Origin: Bacteroidota bacterium | GTDB lineage: Bacteria > Bacteroidota > Bacteroidia > B-17B0 > Aurantibacillaceae | Reading direction: 5' to 3' | Length of the DNA stretch: 64,000 nucleotides | NCBI GenBank assembly: GCA_025362395.1 | Contig: JANYGK010000063.1 | Coordinates: 28,955 to 92,954, forward strand | Shown here: piece by piece, positions 45,091 to 54,131 of the stretch | Layout of the letters: each line of letters starts with the position of its first letter | How positions within the stretch are numbered: the stretch's first letter is position 1 | Translations under genes and position numbers: made by a program | Notes under the pieces: model-generated | Told to the model about the DNA's origin: nothing | The model's database searches: none | The model's input: only the letters and a program-made list of their open reading frames with translations

Positions 45091-46223
45091 TATGAAAGAA
45101 TTATAAGGTCAATATCTGTACCTGTTAGTTTAATGAGCAGTTTATCTATAATGGTGTTGCTTAGTATTGATTTCATTAAACTAAACTGAGGTTTCCCGAT
45201 ACAGATGGTTGTTATTTTATGCTGTAAGGCTACATCAAACACACTTTTTGAGATGTTTTTATTTTTAAGCTGAATAATTTCGGCTCCCAGTTCTGTAGCC
45301 AGTTTAAAATTATTTATTAAGTGCCTTTGCTTAGACAATACTATTTTATCAGAGTCTTCGTGAGGGGTTTGTACATATAATACTTTCCATTGCGAATTAT
45401 AATAGGATGCCAGCCTTGCTGTTTTCCTTATCACTTTTTTTGCAGATTCATCTGTAGAGCTTATGCAAGCTAAAAATTTTTCTGAGCGTATTCTTGCCGG
45501 TGACAAAACTTCTAATTCAATTTTGCGTTCTACCTGTGAAGCCACTTCTCTTAAAGCAAGCTCGCGTAACTGTAAAATCTTTTCGGATTGAAAAAAGTTT
45601 TTTAAAGCCGTTTCTATTTTTGAAGCATCATATATTTTACCTTCCTTTAAACGGTTTATTAATTCATCGGCCGTTAAGTCAATATTTACGACTTCGTCAG
45701 CCATTTTAAGCACCTTATCGGGTACTCTTTCCTGAACCGCTATTCCTGTAATATTTTGAATTTCACCGGCAAGGCTTTCTATATGCTGAATATTAACCGC
45801 GCTTATCACATTGATACCACTTTCTAATAATTCAACTACATCCTGCCAACGTTTTTCATTTTTAGACCCCGGGATATTTGTATGCGCTAATTCATCTACA
45901 ATTACTACTTCGGGGTGCGCGGTAATAATGGCCTGTACATCCATTTCTTCCAATTCCTTACCTTTGTAAAATACTTTTTTTCGCGGTATTATTGGCAAGC
46001 CTTCTAACAGAGCGTGTGTTTCTGAGCGGTAATGAGTTTCAATAAATCCTATTTGTACACGTATGTTATTTTTTACAAGGGTTTGTACTTCCTGCAGCAT
46101 TCGGAAGGTTTTACCGACACCCGCACTCATACCAATGTAAACTTTGAATTTTCCCCTCTTTGATTTTTTGATCAATTCCAGAAAATATTCTACATTTTTC
46201 TCTTTTTCTTCTGCCTCTGACAT
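45090..46223 (-). CDS. kdpD: KdpD N-terminal sensor module (KdpD-N plus Usp domain) as a stand-alone protein
   Basis: GKFKVYIGMSAGVGKTFRML, VDELAHTN and NIQHIESL motifs of the KdpD N-terminal domain, then a Usp-like domain. No kinase core. Confidence 0.85.
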   Translation of the reverse strand: MSEAEEKEKNVEYFLELIKKSKRGKFKVYIGMSAGVGKTFRMLQEVQTLVKNNIRVQIGFIETHYRSETHALLEGLPIIPRKKVFYKGKELEEMDVQAIITAHPEVVIVDELAHTNIPGSKNEKRWQDVVELLESGINVISAVNIQHIESLAGEIQNITGIAVQERVPDKVLKMADEVVNIDLTADELINRLKEGKIYDASKIETALKNFFQSEKILQLRELALREVASQVERKIELEVLSPARIRSEKFLACISSTDESAKKVIRKTARLASYYNSQWKVLYVQTPHEDSDKIVLSKQRHLINNFKLATELGAEIIQLKNKNISKSVFDVALQHKITTICIGKPQFSLMKSILSNTIIDKLLIKLTGTDIDLIILS

Positions 46224-48157
46224 TATTCTTCTCTTTGAAGTTTAGAATGTTTGGGCGTTGTTAAGATGAGCGGTAATTTTTCGATAATTAAGTTGCTATA
46301 GTCTAACCCATATTCTTTTTCATCCGGCAAACTAATCTTCTTTAAAAAGAAATATACTTTTAAAATAAAATCATTACTAAAAGACAGTTCATTTTCAAAT
46401 GATAAAAAGCGTTGAGTAATTACAAATTTAAAATCACCGGTAATATTATGCTTATCGAGTGATGTATAACGGCTTTGAATATTTACTTCTTTTTTAAGAA
46501 CCATTTCTTCCACCACTTTCCTGAATAAAGAATTTATTTTTGGTGCTACCCTAAACCCTAATTTAAATGATATATATACTACTTCTTCAGGTTCAATAAT
46601 ATCTACGGTGTATGACATTTTAAATGGTTCATCCACCACATCAATATGTACAAACCAATATATATCTGCTCTTTTAGGTTGCCTGTAAAGAATGGAATGG
46701 ATCGTACTGTCTTCAATTTTTTTACTGCTGCCCGACGAGGTTAAGTAAACCAAATTGGTTGCGTATTTTGGAACCGCTGCATCATTGCTTAGTTCTTTAA
46801 GTACCGGTATAAATGGTTCAAGTTCAACTAATTTTTGTAAACCGCGTTTAATTTCACCTGCTCTATACCAAATATACATGATCGCAAATATTAAAACACC
46901 AAGTGATAGTGTAACCCAACCGCCATGCATAAATTTTTTAAGATTGGCGGTAAGAAAAGCACCTTCAATAATGAGAAAGAGTATGAGTAAAGTAAAAACT
47001 GCCACTCTATTTATTTTTTTAACGTATAAATAAAAGCTTAACAAAATTGTTGTCATTAACATGGTAAGTGTAACCGACAGGCCGAAAGCCGCCTCCATGT
47101 TTTTAGATTCTCTAAAATACAGTACAACTGTTATACAACCAAACATTAACAACCAATTAATTGCAGGGATATATAGCTGCCCTATAACATCGGAAGGAAA
47201 AATAACTCTTAGTTTTGGCCATAGGTTAAGCCGTATGGCTTCGGCTACTAAAGTAAAGGAGCCGCTTATTAATGCTTGGCTTGCTATAATGGTTGCAAGT
47301 GTTGCTACCGCTATTGCGGGAAAAATAAACCAATGTGGCACTAATCCAAAAAACGGACTTACATCTGTTAACTGTGTTCCGATATGTTTTAATAACCAAG
47401 CCGCTTGTCCAAAGTAACACAGAATCAAACATACTTTTACATATAACCAACTTATTTGAATGTTTTTTCTTCCGCAATGTCCCAGATCAGAATACAGGGC
47501 TTCTGCCCCGGTTGTGCATAAAAATACTCCTCCCAAAAGCCAAAATCCTCCCGGATGTTCGGCTAACAGTTTATAAGCATAATAAGGATTTAATGCTTTG
47601 AACACGGAAAAACTTCCTGCTAATTCTCCAATTCCCAAAAGGGCAATCATAGTAAACCACACAATCATTACCGGTCCAAATAATTTACCGATAAACGAAG
47701 TTCCTTTACGTTGAATGATAAATAATAAAACGATAATGGAAATAACAATCGGAATAATGGGAATATCTGGAAAACTTGGCTTTAGCCCTTCCATAGCGGA
47801 TGAAACTGAAATAGGAGGTGTAATGATGCTGTCAGCCAATAAAAAGCTTCCGCCCGCAATAGCAGGAAACAATAACCACCGACGGTATTTCCTTATTAAG
47901 GTATATAATGAAAAAATACCACCTTCGCCTTTATTATCCGCACGTAAGGTTATAAATACATATTTAATAGTTGTTTGAAATGTTAGCGTCCAAAAAATAG
48001 CCGACACCCCGCCAAGTGCAATTAATTCGGTAATGGGTTGGTTTCCTATAATGGCTGTGTACGTATATAACGGTGAGGTACCTATATCTCCAAAAACGAT
48101 ACCGATAGAAACAAGAAAACCGGCGAAACTTAATTTTTGTAAATCAACTTTTTCCAT
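46223..48157 (-). CDS. kup: KUP/HAK/KT family potassium transporter
   Basis: 644 aa. GDIGTSPLYT and GGVFLCTTGAEALYSDLGH motifs. Confidence 0.92.
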   Translation of the reverse strand: MEKVDLQKLSFAGFLVSIGIVFGDIGTSPLYTYTAIIGNQPITELIALGGVSAIFWTLTFQTTIKYVFITLRADNKGEGGIFSLYTLIRKYRRWLLFPAIAGGSFLLADSIITPPISVSSAMEGLKPSFPDIPIIPIVISIIVLLFIIQRKGTSFIGKLFGPVMIVWFTMIALLGIGELAGSFSVFKALNPYYAYKLLAEHPGGFWLLGGVFLCTTGAEALYSDLGHCGRKNIQISWLYVKVCLILCYFGQAAWLLKHIGTQLTDVSPFFGLVPHWFIFPAIAVATLATIIASQALISGSFTLVAEAIRLNLWPKLRVIFPSDVIGQLYIPAINWLLMFGCITVVLYFRESKNMEAAFGLSVTLTMLMTTILLSFYLYVKKINRVAVFTLLILFLIIEGAFLTANLKKFMHGGWVTLSLGVLIFAIMYIWYRAGEIKRGLQKLVELEPFIPVLKELSNDAAVPKYATNLVYLTSSGSSKKIEDSTIHSILYRQPKRADIYWFVHIDVVDEPFKMSYTVDIIEPEEVVYISFKLGFRVAPKINSLFRKVVEEMVLKKEVNIQSRYTSLDKHNITGDFKFVITQRFLSFENELSFSNDFILKVYFFLKKISLPDEKEYGLDYSNLIIEKLPLILTTPKHSKLQREE

Positions 48158-48191
48158 TTTATATTTTTAAGTTTGGTTTTCCCGGTATTTT

Positions 48192-49097
48192 TTACTTATC
48201 ATTTAATATCATCGGCATACCCTTACTGTTTCCCAATATAATTACTTTCGCATTAGGCGAAGTAGCAATTTCCTTGTTGGCTTTTATCATTTCATATTGT
48301 AATTGTTGGTCACTTAAGCCTGTATTTATTATTTTCTGATAATCAGCAATGCCCTGCGCTTCTACACGCTTTCGTTCCGCCTCCTGTTTTTCTTTTTGTA
48401 GAACAAATTGCATTTTTTGAGCATCCTGTTCTGCATTTATTTTTGATTCAATGGCAATTTTTACGGATTGAGGCAGTGTAATATTCCGAACAAGTAATTG
48501 CTCTAAAACAAGTCCCCTGCCTTTAAAATCTTTTTCGATCCCTTTAAAGATCCTGCTCTGAAACTCGTCTCTTTTTGTTGAGTAAAGAGAAACGGCATCA
48601 TAATATACGGCGTTGTCACGTATTTTAGTACGCGTAATAGGCCTTACAATGGTATTTTTATAATCGGAACCTATTTCTTTTAATATTCTTGGTGCCTGTG
48701 ATGGAATTACTCGGTATAGAACCGTAAGATCAATGATTACTTCCAGCCCGTCTGCCGATAATACTCGTATGGCATCATCTCCTCCTTTATCTCCTTCATC
48801 ATGTACACCGGACATCGTATAGTTTTGTGTTTTAATATCAAAAGTGGTTACCTCCACCAACGGATTAATAAAATTTAAACCGCTTTCCAATACGCGATCA
48901 TCTACTTTGCCAAATAATGTTTGAACTCCTGTTTGCCCTGCCTCCACCTGCTTTACAACAGAAGTTAAAATTCCTAATACTATTATGATGATCCCGATAA
49001 TATTTGTAAGCGGGTAGTAACGGTTAATTTTATAGTTTGGCTTTACTACAAAAAATGAAACAACTAAAATGATAATCCCTAAAATAATACTAAACAT
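48192..49097 (-). CDS. SPFH/band 7 (prohibitin-like) membrane protein
   Basis: N-terminal TM region, SPFH domain, coiled-coil EQDAQKMQFVLQKEKQEAERKRVEAQGIADYQ. Confidence 0.85.
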   Translation of the reverse strand: MFSIILGIIILVVSFFVVKPNYKINRYYPLTNIIGIIIIVLGILTSVVKQVEAGQTGVQTLFGKVDDRVLESGLNFINPLVEVTTFDIKTQNYTMSGVHDEGDKGGDDAIRVLSADGLEVIIDLTVLYRVIPSQAPRILKEIGSDYKNTIVRPITRTKIRDNAVYYDAVSLYSTKRDEFQSRIFKGIEKDFKGRGLVLEQLLVRNITLPQSVKIAIESKINAEQDAQKMQFVLQKEKQEAERKRVEAQGIADYQKIINTGLSDQQLQYEMIKANKEIATSPNAKVIILGNSKGMPMILNDK

Positions 49098-49160
49098 GTG
49101 TCCTCCTTTAATTTAAATTAATAATTATTTTGTAAATGTACATAAACCTCTCTACGCTTT

Positions 49161-49487
49161 CTATCTTTTAGGCACCATAATAACCAGTATGCCGAAAATA
49201 CAAATCAATGATCCTGTTATATCAAACTTATCAGGATTAACACCGTCTATTTTCCAACCCCACAATAGGGACAAAATGATAAATACGCCTCCGTAGGCCG
49301 CATAAACCCTTCCGAAATTTGTTGTTTGCAAAGTGGGAATAAATCCGTAAAGTGCCGGTAGTATTATGCCTGTTAAGCCAACCCAAAACGGTTTATCGTT
49401 TTTGATCCAGATCCATATTAAATACCCGCCGGCTATTTCAAACGCACCGGCAATGAGAAAAAATAATATTGATTTAAATACGCTCAT
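49161..49487 (-). CDS. ynfA: YnfA/UPF0060 family small membrane protein
   Basis: From the internal ATG at 49487: MSVFKSILFFLIAGAFEIAGGYLIWIW...YAAYGGVFI. Four TM segments, about 108 aa. Confidence 0.75.
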   Translation of the reverse strand: MSVFKSILFFLIAGAFEIAGGYLIWIWIKNDKPFWVGLTGIILPALYGFIPTLQTTNFGRVYAAYGGVFIILSLLWGWKIDGVNPDKFDITGSLICIFGILVIMVPKR

Positions 49488-49510
49488 TAATAAATAATTA
49501 TAATTATTTT

Positions 49511-50752
49511 TTAAAACCTTAAAATTAAATCCGCCGCTACATTCCATTGATCTTTTTTAGTTCCCATGTCGTATGCGGTAATAGTAGGATCTCCCCAGGT
49601 GCGATCATATCTTATTTCGGGACGAATGGTAAGCCAATCTGTAAAAAAGTAAACAAAGCCTATCGTATGGCTTGTATAAATAGTTGCAAACCCCGTACGC
49701 CATCCATTCAAATCATTTAAGTAATCGTTCCTGATAGAAATATAACTTTTTTTAGAGGTAAGAATCTGAAAATAGTTTACAACTCCTACAGCAGTAGAAA
49801 TTCCCGGAATAATTGTTCCCGGGCCTCCGCCTGCTCCATACTGAATGGGTCCATTACTTGCAGAACCGCCTGTGGCCGCATCTCTTTCCCATTCGTAATA
49901 AGCTTCCGTCATCATGTGAAATGTTTTATTGAACTTATGACCCCATATACCCGCAACCATTTGAAGGTTATCATGCCCGTTTTTATATTTCCAATTCGGG
50001 CCTAATGAATTTGCACCAAGCCAAATGGAATTGGCATTGCTTTTTGAAACCCATCTTACAAAACCCTGACCGTTTACAGAAGAAGAGTTAGTCCACGGAG
50101 CCATATCATTGCCGCCATGTACAGCTAATTGAATCTGCCATTGTTTATTTAATTTTATAGTGCTTTGTACGCCTGTAAACGTAAACGGATCATAAGAGAA
50201 CATGACTGAATGTGAAAATAGGTAATTGTCAGGGGCCAGTTGCGCTTCAATATCTGCGGGCGCAATAAAACGTCCAACCTTTAAAATCATTCCTTTAGCA
50301 ATTTTCGGAAAATAAATCAATCCGTACATTTCAGGTGCATCATAGCCGTATAGATTATTTTTTTTAAAATACTGATCGCTAAACCAGCCTTTGGCAATTG
50401 TATATCTGTAATCGAGCCCGTATACATTACTTACGCGAAAGCCCCAATCTATATGCTCTTTCTGAACAGTGTTAGGTTGTCGTTCAATGCGAAGTACGGC
50501 TTGATCTAATTGAAATGAATTAGGAATAATATTGTATCCTACGGGGATGTTTAAATTTTTTGATGTGCTATAGGTGTAAGAAGGGTCTACCCATCCGTAA
50601 ATTTTAATCCTGCTTTTTCGTTTCGCCAAACCAAATAATTTTTGAAGCGCGTAATCGGGAGCGTCTGTGTTTATGACTATAAAAGGGCCGTTAGGCCATT
50701 CTGACGAAGGAAACGGAGGCGACGGTAAAGGCGCAGGCAATGATAAAGACAA
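49511..50752 (-). CDS. outer-membrane beta-barrel porin (OmpL-like), 5' end disrupted by a homopolymer frameshift
   Basis: Beta-barrel pattern ending in a C-terminal aromatic (LILRF). The signal peptide and ATG (50847) are in another frame across a T7 run at 50838..50844. Confidence 0.7.
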   Translation of the reverse strand: MSLSLPAPLPSPPFPSSEWPNGPFIVINTDAPDYALQKLFGLAKRKSRIKIYGWVDPSYTYSTSKNLNIPVGYNIIPNSFQLDQAVLRIERQPNTVQKEHIDWGFRVSNVYGLDYRYTIAKGWFSDQYFKKNNLYGYDAPEMYGLIYFPKIAKGMILKVGRFIAPADIEAQLAPDNYLFSHSVMFSYDPFTFTGVQSTIKLNKQWQIQLAVHGGNDMAPWTNSSSVNGQGFVRWVSKSNANSIWLGANSLGPNWKYKNGHDNLQMVAGIWGHKFNKTFHMMTEAYYEWERDAATGGSASNGPIQYGAGGGPGTIIPGISTAVGVVNYFQILTSKKSYISIRNDYLNDLNGWRTGFATIYTSHTIGFVYFFTDWLTIRPEIRYDRTWGDPTITAYDMGTKKDQWNVAADLILRF

Positions 50753-50858
50753 GGTGTCTGCCCGGACAATATCTTGTTGTGCCTGTAATTGAAAAGTTAC
50801 ACATAAAAGTGATGCTATATTAATTTTATATGGAGTGTTTTTTTCATATCAATAAAGT

Positions 50859-51803
50859 TTAAAGCCATTTCTTTTTTTTGAAAACGAAAAGCGTTAACAG
50901 CGACGAACTGATAATAAGCAAAATAGCTAAAGGATAACCAAACTTATAATCAAGTTCAGGCATTACTTTAAAATTCATACCGTAAATACTTGCAATGAGT
51001 GTTGGCGGCATAAACACAACAGAAACAATTGTGAAAATTTTTATGGCTTTATTTTGCTCAATGGTTATTAAGCCCATTAAAGTATTTTGTAAATATTCTA
51101 ATCGTTTAAAAATGAAGGATGAAAACTCGAGCATGGAGTTAATATCTTTTATCAAAACCCTAAGCCTTGGCGTGCTGATAAAAGCATTGCTTTTTATTAG
51201 CGAAGAAACAACCCGTTGTTTATCTATAAAGCTTTCGCGAAGAAACATCGTGCTTTCCTGGTATTCATTTATCATAATTAGACTGTTTTCTTCATCTGTA
51301 CTGTCTTTAGATAAGTTTTTACCAACCTTTACAATTTCTTTTGAAATAGACTCCAGATAATCAGAATCCAAGTCAACTTCTGTTTCTAAAATACCTTCTA
51401 ATATCTCAGACCCATTTTTAAATGCCTTTTGATTTCGTTTTATTTTTTTTACTGTTTCTGCAAACGACGTTACATCAATTTCTCTTTTTGTAACTAATAT
51501 TCCATCCAGTATATAAAATATGATAGGACAGTTTTCGTAATAATTTTCACGTTTACTTATAAAGTTAGAATTGATGTAAATAAAATCATCTGTTTCGTAA
51601 AAACGGGCATTACTCTCTAAGCCGGACTCTTCTTCCTGTACGTTAAAATTAATAGTGAAATACGATTCAATTTGCTGCTGCTCTTCAAGAGAAGAATACT
51701 GCAAATCCACCCATAGCAGCTGCTCAATTGAAATCGTATTTAATATTTCCAACCCATCTGTTTTTTGGATGGCTTCATTTTTATGGTAGAATATCCTAAT
51801 CAT
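50859..51803 (-). CDS. CorA-like divalent cation transporter
   Basis: Soluble N-terminal domain plus two C-terminal TM helices with the YGMNF signature (SIYGMNFKVMPE). Confidence 0.85.
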   Translation of the reverse strand: MIRIFYHKNEAIQKTDGLEILNTISIEQLLWVDLQYSSLEEQQQIESYFTINFNVQEEESGLESNARFYETDDFIYINSNFISKRENYYENCPIIFYILDGILVTKREIDVTSFAETVKKIKRNQKAFKNGSEILEGILETEVDLDSDYLESISKEIVKVGKNLSKDSTDEENSLIMINEYQESTMFLRESFIDKQRVVSSLIKSNAFISTPRLRVLIKDINSMLEFSSFIFKRLEYLQNTLMGLITIEQNKAIKIFTIVSVVFMPPTLIASIYGMNFKVMPELDYKFGYPLAILLIISSSLLTLFVFKKKKWL

Positions 51804-51823
51804 TTCTTAAATTATGAAATGTA

Positions 51824-51858
51824 AAACAACCCTTTGAAAATTTCTCATTGGGTTGTTT
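51824..51858 (-). terminator. rho-independent terminator ending the kdpFABC-porin transcript
   Basis: Stem AAACAACCC / GGGTTGTTT. On the minus strand it is followed by TTTTACATTT. Confidence 0.65.
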
Positions 51859-51889
51859 CAACAAACTAAAATAACTTTTAAATTGTCTT

Positions 51890-53266
51890 TTATAAGCGGA
51901 AAAGAACCGCAAAAATAATTCTGTTTTCAGCTTTAACCAAATCCGGTTTCCAATCCGGGGTTAAAGGTGTGGTTTGATAACCGCTTGGTGAGGTTACGCC
52001 ACCATGTCCTGCAAAATACGGAACACTTGATTCTCTGTGCACATATTCAACCCTTACCGTTAAATGTTGGTTTGGCATCCAATCTAAATTTGTTGAATAA
52101 TCAAATCCTTCAAATTTATCTCCGGGATTAGCGCTGTAGGGGAATGTTCCCGCTGTACTTGTTGGATTAGTTGCATTAGGCAATGGACTTGCCTGGCCCG
52201 TGGGGTAAAGAACCAAATAACGACCGGGATTATTCATATATCCGCCTCCAACAGTCCAGGCAAAATGATTTTTAGCAAACCAAATACGGTTATAAAACAT
52301 TAAACTGGCAAAATATTGTGCAGGTCCCTGTATAGAATCACCGTCTTTAATTCCATTTACACCGCCACCTTTTTCTGAACCAAAATCACCTGTTAATGAA
52401 AATGCCATTTTACTGATCCCTCTTGATTTAGGACGATTAAAGTATCTTACCAATAAACTGTTATCAGAGTGGAATCTTTTTCTATTCGGTAATAAAGCAG
52501 CATCAGCTCCATAATAGTTATTAGTTAACATTTTTATATTTTCATTTGGACACCATGTAATATTACCACCAATACCGGGTTGTTTATTAAACATACCATA
52601 ACTTTGCCAACCGTTAACAATCCATGGTTCAATTTTCAATTTTTTCGTGGCGAAAATTTGGATTCTAATGCCATTAAAAAACCAGGGTGTATTATCAGAT
52701 GTAAATGAAGCTTGATATTCCCAGTTTTCAGTTTGGTAATATGAGTTTAAGCCAACATAGGACATAAACATACCCGCATCCACGTTAATACCATGCAATA
52801 CATTAAAATGGTAGCCCGCATTAGCTTCTGCTAAATAACGGTATACATCTGCTAATTGGTATTGACCTTTATAAGGACTATAGTCGTTACGTGGCACTAA
52901 TTGTGATCGTGTGCCATACTGTGTAACGATATGCGCACGCGCTTGTTTGTAATAAAAATCACCGCCTAAATAAACACCGGAAACTTGCATTTCATTGTTT
53001 CTTCCTAAAACAGTTGAACCAACCACTGTATTATCAATTGGGTCGTTAAATGAATGCGTATAGCCGGCATCAACCATAACAGTCGGAGTAAAAAATTTAC
53101 CTGCCAATGTAGGCGCCGAACGTCTGTCTCCGCCATTCCACCATGTGCAATCCATACCCTCTAAAGGTTCGCCTTTCTGTTTGTTCACTTTTGTTGTATC
53201 GTCTTCTTGTGCATTTACTATACATCCTATAGACATCATAGCTAAACTGAGTACTAATCTTTTCAT
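51890..53266 (-). CDS. outer-membrane beta-barrel porin associated with the kdp operon
   Basis: Signal peptide from the internal ATG at 53266 (MKRLVLSLAMMSIGCIVNAQ), alternating beta-strand pattern, C-terminal VLFRL. Confidence 0.8.
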   Translation of the reverse strand: MKRLVLSLAMMSIGCIVNAQEDDTTKVNKQKGEPLEGMDCTWWNGGDRRSAPTLAGKFFTPTVMVDAGYTHSFNDPIDNTVVGSTVLGRNNEMQVSGVYLGGDFYYKQARAHIVTQYGTRSQLVPRNDYSPYKGQYQLADVYRYLAEANAGYHFNVLHGINVDAGMFMSYVGLNSYYQTENWEYQASFTSDNTPWFFNGIRIQIFATKKLKIEPWIVNGWQSYGMFNKQPGIGGNITWCPNENIKMLTNNYYGADAALLPNRKRFHSDNSLLVRYFNRPKSRGISKMAFSLTGDFGSEKGGGVNGIKDGDSIQGPAQYFASLMFYNRIWFAKNHFAWTVGGGYMNNPGRYLVLYPTGQASPLPNATNPTSTAGTFPYSANPGDKFEGFDYSTNLDWMPNQHLTVRVEYVHRESSVPYFAGHGGVTSPSGYQTTPLTPDWKPDLVKAENRIIFAVLFRL

Positions 53267-53418
53267 AGTTAATTTTGTTTGTTGCCCTGTGTATACCATA
53301 TCAGTGCCGGTTTTTAATTTATAGTTAAATGATTGTTATTGTGTTGTTTGTATTAAAAAGATCGGTTTTGTGTGTTTTTATACCCTTTCATAATGAAAAG
53401 GTTTTCCATAATGAAAAT

Positions 53419-53979
53419 TTATAATGCATTTAAAGCCAAATTTAATTTCAATACATTCACCCTTTCGGGTCCGAAAACTCCTAAAAGCGGATGCTCCGTG
53501 CACTTCTTTACTAAACTATATAATACCTCTTCTTCGCGTTTCCTTAATTTTGCAATTCGCGGCACTTGTATATTTGCTCCTTTAACAGAAATATGAGGAT
53601 CTAAACCGCTGCCGCTTGCAGTAACCAGGTCGCTCGGAATAGTTGATTTTTTAATGCCGGGGTTATGAACCAAAAATGTATCGATACGCGCTTGTACTAT
53701 TGTCAAATAATCGCTGTTAGAACCTCCTTTGTTAGAACCGGCTGAACCTGCCGCGTTATAATTAACAGCTGAAGGCCTGCCCTGAAAGTAATCGTCGTTT
53801 GTAAATTTTTGACCAATATTATCATATCCGACGACTTGGTCATTTTCAAACACTTTTTTGCCATTACCGCCACCCGGGGCAACAAGAGCCATTGCTGCAA
53901 TAAATAAAGGATACAAAGCAGAGCAAATAATAAGGAGAATGCCTGATAGTTTTAAAGAAGGAAGGATGTATGTTTTCAT
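53419..53979 (-). CDS. kdpC: potassium-transporting ATPase subunit KdpC
   Basis: Single N-terminal TM, then VTASGSGLDPHIS and PRIAK motifs typical of KdpC. Confidence 0.92.
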   Translation of the reverse strand: MKTYILPSLKLSGILLIICSALYPLFIAAMALVAPGGGNGKKVFENDQVVGYDNIGQKFTNDDYFQGRPSAVNYNAAGSAGSNKGGSNSDYLTIVQARIDTFLVHNPGIKKSTIPSDLVTASGSGLDPHISVKGANIQVPRIAKLRKREEEVLYSLVKKCTEHPLLGVFGPERVNVLKLNLALNAL

Positions 53980-54024
53980 GTATATGTGTGTTAATATAAA
54001 ATGTGAGATGCAGTATTTTTTTTT

Positions 54025-54117
54025 AATATTGAATGTTTATAAGTGCTAAATTTATTAGTTTATTAGGTGCTCACTCTCACGCTGAACTTAATTCTAGGGT
54101 GACTTTCAACATTATTT
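54025..54117. repeat. short inverted-repeat element (copy C) inside the kdpB-kdpC spacer
   Basis: Left arm AATATTGAATGT. Reverse complement of the right arm AATAATGTTGAAAGT. The core CTGAACTTAATTCTAGGG resembles CTGAACTTATTTCAGGG at 22524..22540. Confidence 0.4.
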
Positions 54118-54131
54118 TTCCATGCCATTCC

